From the NCBI GenBank assembly GCA_043812515.1, contig JBDRMC010000004.1, positions 724-64,723 on the forward strand: a DNA stretch of 64,000 nt, in the 5' to 3' direction. Shown here piece by piece: positions 41,645 through 50,940 of this stretch. The notes under the pieces are model-generated. The model was not told the DNA's origin and did no database searches. It was given only the letters and a program-made list of their open reading frames with translations. The stretch comes from Patescibacteria group bacterium (GTDB lineage: Bacteria; Patescibacteriota; Minisyncoccia; UBA10092). Positions within the stretch are counted from its first letter, which is position 1; each line of letters opens with the position of its first letter. A program made the position numbers and the translations under genes.

Positions 41645-42109
41645 TTATTTTTCTATTTTGATTATTTTATATTTATTGACACCGCCGGGGGTATTGATTT
41701 CTATTTCTTCCCCTATTTTTCGTCCCAAAAAGGCCCTACCCAGCGGCGATTCATTGGAAATTTTTCTCTCTTGAGGGTTGGCTTCCGCGGAGCCTACAAT
41801 CCTAAACATTTCCGTACCGTTGCTGGACTTAATTTCCACCATTGAACCCATCCCGACAATATCTTCTTTATTTGGCGTTTCTATTGTTACGGCGTTTTTC
41901 AAAAGTCCTTGAAGTTCAGCGATACGATTTTCGTTGAATGATTGCGCTTCCTTGGCTTCAAAATATTCCGCATTTTCGGAAAGATCTCCCAAGTCTTTCG
42001 CTTCTTGAAGACGCTTCGCAATTTCCTGACGTTTTTTAGTCTTTAATTCTTGAAGTTCTTTTTCAATAGACTCAATTCCTTCGCGGCTTAAATATGTTTG
42101 TTGCGCCAT
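41645..42109 (-). CDS. greA: transcription elongation factor GreA
   Basis: 154 aa. LSREGIESIEKELQELK...DLSENAEYFEAKEAQ coiled coil plus C-terminal globular domain. Confidence 0.9.
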   Translation of the reverse strand: MAQQTYLSREGIESIEKELQELKTKKRQEIAKRLQEAKDLGDLSENAEYFEAKEAQSFNENRIAELQGLLKNAVTIETPNKEDIVGMGSMVEIKSSNGTEMFRIVGSAEANPQERKISNESPLGRAFLGRKIGEEIEINTPGGVNKYKIIKIEK

Positions 42110-42118
42110 ATAATTATT

Positions 42119-44035
42119 TTACTTTAGCTTATCATAATTTTTATTATAATACCATTCAAAAACATCCTTGGCGGCGGGAAGCGCTGAAGTTATTCCTTTA
42201 CCGGAGCCTTCAACAACAATCGCTACAGCAATTTGCGGGTCGTCGTAGGGAGCGAAACCCGTGAATAAAGCGTTAATTTTATTGAAATTGGAATAAACTT
42301 GAGCAGTGCCTGTCTTGCCGGCCACTTTTATCGGCAAATCGTTTAAAGCATAAGCCGAACCGTCGGGTTCGGTAACCGCCATTCGCAGTCCTTCACGGAC
42401 TAGTTTAAGATTTTCTTGTCCGATTAGGTCTGTTTTTATAGCTTTTGGTTTGAATTCTTTTATAGTAGTATTATTGGAGTCGGTTATTTTAGAAACCAGC
42501 CTTGGCTGCCACAATGTTCCGCCATTGGCGATAGCGGTTATGGCCGTTACGAGTTGGAGCGGCGTAATTTTAACATCGCCTTGGCCTATAGAAACATTAT
42601 AAGTATCTCCGGTAAACCAGCTTTCTTGCCTGGTTTTCTTTTTCCAATCCGGATTTGGCACCAAACCGCCGGTCTCTCCCGGCAAATCAATGCCCAACGG
42701 CGCCCCGAACCCAAAAAGCTTAAGATATTTTTCAATTTTATCTATACCCAGTCCTTTAATGTTTTTATAGCCGCCGCCTATAGTATAGAAATAAACATTC
42801 GCTGAAACGGCTAAAGCTCGGCGCATATCGACAAATCCATGAGGTTTCCAGTCGCGATAAATATAAGTTATTTCCGGATTATATTCGTTGGGTATGGATA
42901 TGTAACCCAATGTGTCATCAACCTTGTAATTAGGGTCTATGGTTTTTTCAACTAAAGCGGCTAATGCTATAAAAGGCTTGATTGTTGAACCGGCGGGATA
43001 AAATCCGCTGATGGCTCTGTTAAAAAGAGGGCGATTTTTATTGTTAATAAGTTCTTGGTAGGCTTTGTTCGTCAAACCGGTATTAAAAATATTATTGTCA
43101 AAACCGGGCAAACTGACTAATGCTAAAATTTCTCCCGATTTAACGTCCAAAACAACGGCGGCGGCTCCCGGCGCGTCCGTTTGCGCCATTTTATCGCGGA
43201 GAGAATCGGTAAGAAGCTTCTGAAGTTCGCCGTCAATGCCCAGAATTAAATTATTGCCCTGGCGGGCTTCTTCGGCCATCAGGGTTTTCAAAACGGTGTT
43301 ATCGGAATTAACCGAAATCGCTATTTTGCCCGGAACACCCCTTAATTCCTTTTCATATTGCAATTCAAGGCCGTCTTTTCCGATAAAATCCAACATTGAA
43401 TAATACGGGTCGGCTTTAAGATTGCCGGGCGATACGTTTCCGGTATAACCGATTAAATGGGAAAAATAGTCCCCTTCGTAATAATCGCGCTTGGTTTCTT
43501 TATTAACGAAAAGGCCGGGCAGATTCGGCAGGCGGGTCTCAAGTTCTATGAGAGTGGGCTGTTTTAGGTCCGACTCAAGCAGAACCAATTCGGTGGAATT
43601 TTTATTTAAATTTTTTACAAAATCGGAAATATCCGCTTCGTCTCTTTCAAGAATTTTAGAAATTTGAGCTATCCAACCGTCTAAAACGTTTTTTTCTTTC
43701 GGAATATCGGCTGGAATTGCCAACAGACTAAAATTCGGGATGTTTAAAGTAAGCGCCTTGCCATTGCGGTCATAAATTATCCCGCGCGGCGCTTTACTGG
43801 GATAAGATTGCACGCTATTTTTACTCGCCCTGACGGAGTAATAATTACCCTGCCAAATTTGGAGCCAAAAAGCCCTTATGAGAAAAAGGGCTAAAATTAT
43901 AATCGCGGCCGCGAATAAAACGAAAACTCCATTTTTATTTATGGGCGTTTCTAATTTTGCGGTTGATTCCCTATCGAGCAAAATTTCTTCCGGTTCAATT
44001 TCAACCCGTTTTCTTCTAAGTATTTTCTTAAACAT
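42119..44035 (-). CDS. mrdA: penicillin-binding protein 2 (class B transpeptidase)
   Basis: TM anchor, STIKP (SxxK), SAN (SxN), KTGTA. Immediately downstream of mreBCD. Confidence 0.9.
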   Translation of the reverse strand: MFKKILRRKRVEIEPEEILLDRESTAKLETPINKNGVFVLFAAAIIILALFLIRAFWLQIWQGNYYSVRASKNSVQSYPSKAPRGIIYDRNGKALTLNIPNFSLLAIPADIPKEKNVLDGWIAQISKILERDEADISDFVKNLNKNSTELVLLESDLKQPTLIELETRLPNLPGLFVNKETKRDYYEGDYFSHLIGYTGNVSPGNLKADPYYSMLDFIGKDGLELQYEKELRGVPGKIAISVNSDNTVLKTLMAEEARQGNNLILGIDGELQKLLTDSLRDKMAQTDAPGAAAVVLDVKSGEILALVSLPGFDNNIFNTGLTNKAYQELINNKNRPLFNRAISGFYPAGSTIKPFIALAALVEKTIDPNYKVDDTLGYISIPNEYNPEITYIYRDWKPHGFVDMRRALAVSANVYFYTIGGGYKNIKGLGIDKIEKYLKLFGFGAPLGIDLPGETGGLVPNPDWKKKTRQESWFTGDTYNVSIGQGDVKITPLQLVTAITAIANGGTLWQPRLVSKITDSNNTTIKEFKPKAIKTDLIGQENLKLVREGLRMAVTEPDGSAYALNDLPIKVAGKTGTAQVYSNFNKINALFTGFAPYDDPQIAVAIVVEGSGKGITSALPAAKDVFEWYYNKNYDKLK

Positions 44036-44504
44036 TTTTAGTTTTGATTTTTAGAAGAATTTTCAACGCTATCACAGTCAAAATTAGTTCCGTTAAAATT
44101 CCAATATTAAAAAAATAAGATAAACTTCCGTTGCCGGTCAGAGCCCAATTTAATAAGTGATAAAGAAGCACTCCGATAACGCCGACCAGCAGAACGCTTT
44201 TAGTTGTCAGATTTATAAATATGGTTTTGCCCAAAATAATAAAAACTGCCGCGATAATCAGTAAAATCAGGCTATTTATTCCGAAAATTGAAAAAGAATT
44301 AATGCCGGTCAGAATACCGCCGGCCCAGGCAAAAACAATGGCTCGTATATTGTCTTTAATCAGCGTTAAATATAGAACGAGAATCAAAAAAAGATTTAAT
44401 CTTATAAAAAAAGGATTTATAAGTGAAATTTGAATTCCCGCCAAAACAATCAAAAAAATAATGGCGCCGATAACCGAAAAGATTTTCTTATTATCAGGTT
44501 TCAT
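44028..44504 (-). CDS. mreD: rod shape-determining protein MreD
   Basis: 158 aa, polytopic, positioned between mreC and mrdA with overlapping stop/start codons. Confidence 0.75.
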   Translation of the reverse strand: MKPDNKKIFSVIGAIIFLIVLAGIQISLINPFFIRLNLFLILVLYLTLIKDNIRAIVFAWAGGILTGINSFSIFGINSLILLIIAAVFIILGKTIFINLTTKSVLLVGVIGVLLYHLLNWALTGNGSLSYFFNIGILTELILTVIALKILLKIKTKNV

Positions 44505-45292
44505 TGCAGATTGGTAATTACAAATACGCTATTAAAATCCTGAGGTTCTGCCAGCAATTCTATATCGGCAGTATTAAAAACTTCATTATCGCCAGACGTA
44601 ACTTTTCTAACTTTTCCAATAACAAATCCTTTCGGCCATATGCCATCCGTTCCGGAAGAAATAATCAATTCTCCTATATCAGGTTTTTTATTTTTGGCAA
44701 TCAGGTCAAAAATAACACTGGAGCCCAAACCGCGGGCCAGACCGGAGATGCCGCTGGTTGTCGTAACGGCGGCGATTCGGATTTGCGTATCTAATACAGT
44801 TTGCACTTTAGATGTGCCATAATTTGCCTCGGCGATACGGCCAATAATTGTTTTTCCCTTTGAAATAACAACCATATCGGCGGCAATTCCGTTATTTGTT
44901 CCGGCATCTATCAGAAAAGAACGGTTGTTTTGAAAATCGCGTCCGATAACATTCGCCAAACGGGTAATAATGTTCTTTTGCGCCAAATCGGCTCGTTCTC
45001 TCAAAAGAGCATTTTCCTCCTCAAGCAATGACAACTGGGATATTTTATTATAAAGTTCCAAATTTTCCAAAAGCAGGCGGGCATTAGACTCTTTCATATT
45101 TTTTATATTTGATATGGCATTTTGCCAAAAAAATAACCACTTGCCTGCTTTATCGGAGATTAATTCAATAGGCCTTAAAGTTTCACTTAAATAATTTTTC
45201 AACGCCGAAATCGCCCGGCTTTGGCTAAAAAAAACAATCATTAAAGTCAGTAAAAGAAAAAAGAACCATAATGTAAGCTCCGATTTTTTCAT
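44501..45292 (-). CDS. mreC: rod shape-determining protein MreC
   Basis: TM anchor, coiled coil (LLLENLELYNKISQLSLLEEENALLRE), beta-barrel C-terminal domain. Follows mreB. Confidence 0.85.
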   Translation of the reverse strand: MKKSELTLWFFFLLLTLMIVFFSQSRAISALKNYLSETLRPIELISDKAGKWLFFWQNAISNIKNMKESNARLLLENLELYNKISQLSLLEEENALLRERADLAQKNIITRLANVIGRDFQNNRSFLIDAGTNNGIAADMVVISKGKTIIGRIAEANYGTSKVQTVLDTQIRIAAVTTTSGISGLARGLGSSVIFDLIAKNKKPDIGELIISSGTDGIWPKGFVIGKVRKVTSGDNEVFNTADIELLAEPQDFNSVFVITNLQ

Positions 45293-45299
45293 AACAAAA

Positions 45300-46331
45300 T
45301 TAATTACTCATCAGAATCTCTTTTAGAGATTCAATGTCTTCAAGAATAATTCCGCAACCGCGCACCACTGCCGTAAGAGGGTCTTCAACCAGTCTCGTGG
45401 GAACCCCCGTAGCTTTTTCAACCATTTCCGGAAAGCCTCTAAGCAAACTGCCGCCGCCGGCTAAAATTATTCCTCTGGCCATCAAATCACTGATAAGTTC
45501 CGGGGGCGTTTCTTCAACCACGGAGCGAATCTCTGAAATTATGGCGTTTACCGAGGGCGTTATGGCTTCGGTTATTTCCGTGTCGTTTATTATCACTTCT
45601 TTTGGAAGTCCGCTAACCAGGTCTCTTCCTTTTATGGACGCTGTTAATTTTTCCTTTAACGGCGAAACAGAACCGATTAATATTTTTATTTTCTCCGCTG
45701 TTTTTTCGCCGATCAACAATTGGAATTCATCGCGGACATATTGAATAATATCATCGCTCATTTTTTCGCCGGCAATTCGCAAATTACGGGAAACCACAAT
45801 ACCTCCCAAAGAAATCACCGCTATATCGGTGGTTCCGCCCCCGATATCAACTACCATGTTGCCTACGGCGTCGGAAATGGGCAGGCGCGCTCCTATGGCG
45901 GCCGCCATCGGTTCTTCAACCAGATAAACTTCTCTCGCGCCGGCATTGCGGACGGCGTCTTCAACGGCGCGACGTTCCACTTCCGTTACTCCGGAAGGAA
46001 TACCGATAACGACGCGCGGTCTAACCAAAAAACTGTAAGCTCCTCTGTGAACCTTGTTAAAGAAATATCTTAACATCTGTTCGGTAATTTCAAAATCGGA
46101 AATAACGCCCTCAATAAGAGGCTTGATAGCGACTATATGACCGGGAGTGCAACCAATCATTTTTTTGGCCTCTTCGCCGACGCTTAAAATCTGATCGGTT
46201 TTTTTATTAATAGCGACAATCGACGGCTCATTAATGATAATGCCGCGTCCTCTTACATAAACCAGCGTATTGGTCGTTCCGAGATCTATGCCGATATCGC
46301 ATGAAAAAATTTTAAATAATCGTTCTAACAT
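45300..46331 (-). CDS. mreB: actin-like rod shape protein MreB
   Basis: DIGIDLGTTNT, VVDIGGGTTDIAV and ILAGGGSLLRG phosphate/adenosine motifs. Confidence 0.95.
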   Translation of the reverse strand: MLERLFKIFSCDIGIDLGTTNTLVYVRGRGIIINEPSIVAINKKTDQILSVGEEAKKMIGCTPGHIVAIKPLIEGVISDFEITEQMLRYFFNKVHRGAYSFLVRPRVVIGIPSGVTEVERRAVEDAVRNAGAREVYLVEEPMAAAIGARLPISDAVGNMVVDIGGGTTDIAVISLGGIVVSRNLRIAGEKMSDDIIQYVRDEFQLLIGEKTAEKIKILIGSVSPLKEKLTASIKGRDLVSGLPKEVIINDTEITEAITPSVNAIISEIRSVVEETPPELISDLMARGIILAGGGSLLRGFPEMVEKATGVPTRLVEDPLTAVVRGCGIILEDIESLKEILMSN

Positions 46332-47592
46332 CCGAAATTTTAATTAATTTTACATTTTCTTTATTTCTTTGTTTTATCTCAACAGAATTTTTTTCCAATG
46401 TTTTCGGGCTGATTACCGCGCGCAAAGGAATCCCAATCAAATCGGCATCGGCAAACTTTTCTCCGGCCGTTTTGTCATCGCGGTCGTCATACAGCACTTC
46501 AATCCCTTCGGCAATCATTTTTTTATAAATATTTTCTGCTTGCTTTTTAACTTTAGAATCGTTCTTAGCAGATAGTTCAATTAGGTGAATTTTGAAAGGC
46601 GCGATTGTTTCAGGCCAGATAATTCCTTTTTCATCATGATGAACCTCCACAATGGTTCCCATCAGCCGGTCAAGCCCGATGCCGTACGAGCCCATGAAAA
46701 CGTATTTTTTATTTCCAGACTCATCAATAAAATTTAAATTAAATGGTTCTGAAAATTTCATTCCAAGAGTAAAAATATTGCCGACTTCAATCGCTTTCTT
46801 TTCGACAAAATCACCCTTAAGGCCTAAATCTTTTTTCACATCGTCAGTAAAAATTTCTTTATTTATAGCTGCATGGCCCGGTTTCATTTTCAGCCCTTTT
46901 CCGTAATCGTCTTTATGAATATAAATGATGTCCTCTCCTGCCTCGCAGATAGTTTGAAATTCATGGGAGAATTTTGAGAACGTTCCGCCCGACGCGTAAG
47001 TTAAATAAGTCTTGTCTCCGATGCCGGCGCGGTTAAAAATCTTTTTGTAGGCATTTCTGGCTTTATCATAAAATTCAAGATGTTCTTTTTCATTTCTGCT
47101 GAAAGAATATAGGGCCTTCCAGTAAAATTCCTTTCCCCTCAAAATCCCCGATTTGCTTCTGGCTTCGTTTCTAAAAATTTCCTTAAAATCATAAGGATAT
47201 GCCGGCAAGTCTTTATAAGAACTGATTGTCTGCTTTAGAATGTTTGAATAAGTTTCTTCGTTGGTAAACGATAAACCGGCTTCGCCACCGTTTTTCAGCT
47301 TTGTCTTAAACCAATTGTCCACCACGCTATCGCTCCATCTCCCCGATTTCTCCCATACTTCTTTATTTTGAAGGATTGACGTTCTCATCTCTATCCCTCC
47401 AATGGCATTCATTTCTTCTCTGATAATGCCTTCGATTTTTTTTATAACTTTCAAACCAAAAGGCAGATATGAATATACCCCAGCCATTTCTTTATGCACA
47501 AAACCAGCCCGTTCGAGAAGGCGGGCATTGACGCTCGTCTCATCTTTGGGATTATCCCTTAATGTTTGTCCGAAAAGTTTAGACTGTCTCAT
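46312..47592 (-). CDS. proS: prolyl-tRNA synthetase, bacterial-like without INS editing domain
   Basis: RLLERAGFVHKEMAGVYSYLPFG, FRNEARSKSGILRGKEF (motif 2), GSYGIGLDRL (motif 3), C-terminal anticodon-binding domain. 426 aa. Confidence 0.85.
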   Translation of the reverse strand: MRQSKLFGQTLRDNPKDETSVNARLLERAGFVHKEMAGVYSYLPFGLKVIKKIEGIIREEMNAIGGIEMRTSILQNKEVWEKSGRWSDSVVDNWFKTKLKNGGEAGLSFTNEETYSNILKQTISSYKDLPAYPYDFKEIFRNEARSKSGILRGKEFYWKALYSFSRNEKEHLEFYDKARNAYKKIFNRAGIGDKTYLTYASGGTFSKFSHEFQTICEAGEDIIYIHKDDYGKGLKMKPGHAAINKEIFTDDVKKDLGLKGDFVEKKAIEVGNIFTLGMKFSEPFNLNFIDESGNKKYVFMGSYGIGLDRLMGTIVEVHHDEKGIIWPETIAPFKIHLIELSAKNDSKVKKQAENIYKKMIAEGIEVLYDDRDDKTAGEKFADADLIGIPLRAVISPKTLEKNSVEIKQRNKENVKLIKISDVRTII

Positions 47593-47596
47593 TTTA

Positions 47597-48676
47597 TTAG
47601 TTTAATCTTAATATGTCCCTATAAGTCAATAATATAAACAAAACGAAAATTAAAACCAGACCTATTGAATGAAATGCGTTTTCTATCTTGGGATTAACTT
47701 TACTGCCCTTTATTTTTTCTATTCCTAAAAACAAAAGCCGGCCGCCATCCAAAGCCGGGAATGGCAAGAGATTTAGAATCGTCAAATTAAGGGATACTAT
47801 CGCTACAAGTTGAAGAAGATAAATGAATCCTAAATTAGCGGCTTGATTGGTTAAAACGGCAATTCCAACCGGTCCGGATAACTCTTGGGGAATCCTTCCC
47901 TGAAACAGCAGGTTTTTGAATAAATTCGCGAATCCTTTTATTATTTCCCACGTTATGGAAAACGCCGATTTTATACCGAGCCAAGCGCTCTCGTACCAAG
48001 GGTAAGAGATAATTCCGGTCTTGGCCAGCGCGATTCCCAAGGGACCCTCTCCTTCCGGAGGATTGGCCCTCGGCGTTGCGTTTACTTCAAGTGTTTTCGA
48101 ACCTCTTTTAAGACTTATTACCAGTTCTCTGTCCTTGTTGTTTTCTATTATGTTCTGAAGGGTTGAGATTTCACCGATAGCTATATTCTTGCCATCAACT
48201 CTTAAATATTTTACGGCATCGCCCATTTTTATGCCGGCGCCTTCGGCCGGAGAACCGTTATTTACCGCGATTATCTGAATTTCCACATTTTTCGCCAACT
48301 GTTCATTATCTTTATTGATAATTTGAGGAAGGCCGATATTGAAACCCACCATTAACAAAAAGACTGCCAGCAAAAAATTCATAAAAACACCACTCACGGT
48401 AACTAAACTGCGGATGCCGACTGATTTTGCCGAGAAGCTGTTATTATTTTCATTCTGGCTTCCGTCCTCGCCCAAAATTTTAACAAAACCCCCAAGCGGC
48501 AAAAGGTTCAAAGAATAAACGGTCCCCCCCTTTTTTATACTGAAAATTCTTGGCGGAAATCCAAAACCGAATTCTTCAACAATTAAACCGCTTTTTTTCG
48601 CGGCGATAAAATGGCCCCATTCATGAACCAATATGATAATCCCCAAAACCAAGATAAAAATTATAACCGATATCAT
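47597..48676 (-). CDS. rseP: RIP metalloprotease RseP (site-2 protease)
   Basis: HEWGHF (HExxH), internal PDZ (PAEGAGIKMGDAV), NLLPFPALDGG. Confidence 0.9.
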   Translation of the reverse strand: MISVIIFILVLGIIILVHEWGHFIAAKKSGLIVEEFGFGFPPRIFSIKKGGTVYSLNLLPLGGFVKILGEDGSQNENNNSFSAKSVGIRSLVTVSGVFMNFLLAVFLLMVGFNIGLPQIINKDNEQLAKNVEIQIIAVNNGSPAEGAGIKMGDAVKYLRVDGKNIAIGEISTLQNIIENNKDRELVISLKRGSKTLEVNATPRANPPEGEGPLGIALAKTGIISYPWYESAWLGIKSAFSITWEIIKGFANLFKNLLFQGRIPQELSGPVGIAVLTNQAANLGFIYLLQLVAIVSLNLTILNLLPFPALDGGRLLFLGIEKIKGSKVNPKIENAFHSIGLVLIFVLFILLTYRDILRLN

Positions 48677-49203
48677 ATTTCTTTTATTTCCCTTTCTTTC
48701 AATTTAGCCAAGCCTTCCATGTTTTTGTTGGTTTCGTCCACTAATTTTTGAATGGATTCTTTTATTTTAAATTTTTCATCCTCTGATCCGGATATCTCCT
48801 TTATTGCTTCGTCGCGCGCCGCGCGGCATCTGATTTTAACTTCCTCCAGTTTAACACTCATAATTTTAATAAGGGAATTTCTTCGTTCCTCGGTCAATTG
48901 CGGAATGCTTATTCTTATTAAATTTTTATCGACAATAGGACTTAGGCCCAAATCGGAAGCATATACCGCTTTTTCTATGCTGGAAATAGCATTTTTATCC
49001 CATGGTTCAATAACCAATAATCGAAGTTCCGGCGCCGAAATGGAGGCCAGCTGTTTTAATGGCGTTTTGACGCCGTAGTAGTCAACCGAAATATTTTCCA
49101 CCAATGCCGGAGTAGCCCTGCCGATTCGCAAAGCCGACAGTTCCGTCTTTAGCGCTTCTTCAACGCTCTTTAATTTCGATTTTAATTTTTCTAGGGTTTC
49201 CAT
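48673..49203 (-). CDS. frr: ribosome recycling factor
   Basis: 176 aa. LSALRIGRATPALVENISVDYYG...IPQLTEERR. Confidence 0.9.
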   Translation of the reverse strand: METLEKLKSKLKSVEEALKTELSALRIGRATPALVENISVDYYGVKTPLKQLASISAPELRLLVIEPWDKNAISSIEKAVYASDLGLSPIVDKNLIRISIPQLTEERRNSLIKIMSVKLEEVKIRCRAARDEAIKEISGSEDEKFKIKESIQKLVDETNKNMEGLAKLKEREIKEI

Positions 49204-49910
49204 AGTGACAAAATTAATTCATCGTAGGCAAATTTAGGATTAATATTGGTTTCGTTTAATTTAAAATAAATATTTTGATTTTTTATTAAAAGCTCATGCA
49301 GTTTTTTTGTGGGAGTATCCTTAAATTTCGTTCTCAAGAAAATTATCCACTCTCTAAAAAATTCCGGAGCTTTGTACATGCCAGTTTGTTCTAGACAGCA
49401 ATATGCGTCCGCAAAGCTTGTTTTAAAAAGATTTTCAAAGTTGGATTGACCGGATAATAAAATTTCGCGTTCGGTTTGCCAAAAAGGCAATTTTACGGCG
49501 CGCGAAGCAATCGTGCCCAAAATTGAATCCAAAGTTTTTACGCACAAAATTATAATAGCGTGTTTTGGCGCTTCTTCAAAAATTTTAAGCAGAGCATTTT
49601 GGGAAAAACCATTTAATTTTTCGGCATTTTTTATTATTGCGATTTTATATTCTCCCAAGCATGGCCTTAAAGTCAGAAATTTTTTTAATTGGCGAACAAG
49701 GTTTATTGATATTTCTTCATTGGAGTCCGATTCAATGGAAAATAAATCGGGATGAAATCGGGGACTTTCATTTTTTAATATCTTATTGGCGAACCAAAGG
49801 GCAATTTCGTTTTTAGAATGTTCATCGGGCCCAAAAAACACATAAGCGTGCGACAAAGAACCTTTATCTATGCAACGATTTAAATATTGAGATGTTTTTT
49901 GATATTTCAC
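49191..49910 (-). CDS. holB: DNA polymerase III delta'-like clamp-loader subunit
   Basis: SLSHAYVFFGPDEHSKNEIALWFANKIL...ILCVKTLDSILGTIASRAV (AAA+ with degenerate P-loop and SRC-like region). Confidence 0.6.
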   Translation of the reverse strand: MKYQKTSQYLNRCIDKGSLSHAYVFFGPDEHSKNEIALWFANKILKNESPRFHPDLFSIESDSNEEISINLVRQLKKFLTLRPCLGEYKIAIIKNAEKLNGFSQNALLKIFEEAPKHAIIILCVKTLDSILGTIASRAVKLPFWQTEREILLSGQSNFENLFKTSFADAYCCLEQTGMYKAPEFFREWIIFLRTKFKDTPTKKLHELLIKNQNIYFKLNETNINPKFAYDELILSLWKP

Positions 49911-49919
49911 CGGTTTTTA

Positions 49920-50933
49920 TTATCTTCTAGCCATGATGCTTCGTTTGTAAAGTTCCAAATTCTCCAAAACCAAACCTGCGCCTCTGGCGACGCAAAAAAG
50001 CGGCTCTTCGGCAACATAGGCGGGCACTCCGGTAGCTTTGACTATCAATTCATCAAAATTTCTAAGCAGGGCCGTGCCGCCGGATAAAATTATTCCCTTG
50101 TCTAGTATGTCGGCTGATAATTCAGGGGGCGTTTGGGATAAAACTAATTTTACAACTTGAATTATTTCTTTAAGACGCGTAGAAATGGCCTCGACAATTT
50201 CATTAGTGCCGATAGTCATATTGCGTGGAAGGCCGGTTACAATATCGCGGCCCCGAACGCTAACGTGAAGTTCATCCTTTATGGGCAAGGCCGAACCGAT
50301 TTCAATTTTTATTCTTTCGGCGGTTCTTTCGCCGATGGCCATATTGTGTCTGCGTTTAAGATAATCGATGATCGCTTGGTCAAGCTTATTGCCGCCGACC
50401 CTTTTTGAATTAGCGGTAACTATTCCGCCTAAAGAAATTACCGCAACTTCCGTAGTGCCGCCGCCGACGCTCATTATTAAATTTCCCGAGGGAGAGTTAA
50501 TGGGAATGTTGGCGCCAATAGCCGCCAAAACCGGCTCTTTTACCACATAAGCCGCTCTGGCGCCGGCGTTAATAATTGCGTCAATAACGGCTCTTCTTTC
50601 GGTAGAACTTGAACCGGACGGCACGGTAACCAAAACATCAGGTTTTATCAATTGCAATCTACCCAAACTTTTTTGGATAAAATATTTCAACATAGTCTCG
50701 GTAATTTTATAATCGGCGATAACGCCATCGCACATGGGTCTTTTGGCGATAATATTTTCCGGAGTTCTTCCAATCATTGTTTGAGCATCGGCTCCAACGG
50801 CTAAAACCGAATTAGTGTCCAGAGAAATTGCAACTACCGTCGGTTCGTTCAAGACAATCCCCTGGCCCGGAATAAAAACCAAAGTATTTACCGTACCCAA
50901 GTCAATTCCTATTTTTTTTATGAACAGGCTCAT
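49920..50933 (-). CDS. second MreB-family actin homologue
   Basis: IGIDLGTVNT, MSVGGGTTEVAV and ILSGGTALLRN. Clearly paralogous to 45300-46331. Confidence 0.9.
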   Translation of the reverse strand: MSLFIKKIGIDLGTVNTLVFIPGQGIVLNEPTVVAISLDTNSVLAVGADAQTMIGRTPENIIAKRPMCDGVIADYKITETMLKYFIQKSLGRLQLIKPDVLVTVPSGSSSTERRAVIDAIINAGARAAYVVKEPVLAAIGANIPINSPSGNLIMSVGGGTTEVAVISLGGIVTANSKRVGGNKLDQAIIDYLKRRHNMAIGERTAERIKIEIGSALPIKDELHVSVRGRDIVTGLPRNMTIGTNEIVEAISTRLKEIIQVVKLVLSQTPPELSADILDKGIILSGGTALLRNFDELIVKATGVPAYVAEEPLFCVARGAGLVLENLELYKRSIMARR

Positions 50934-50940
50934 TTGATTT

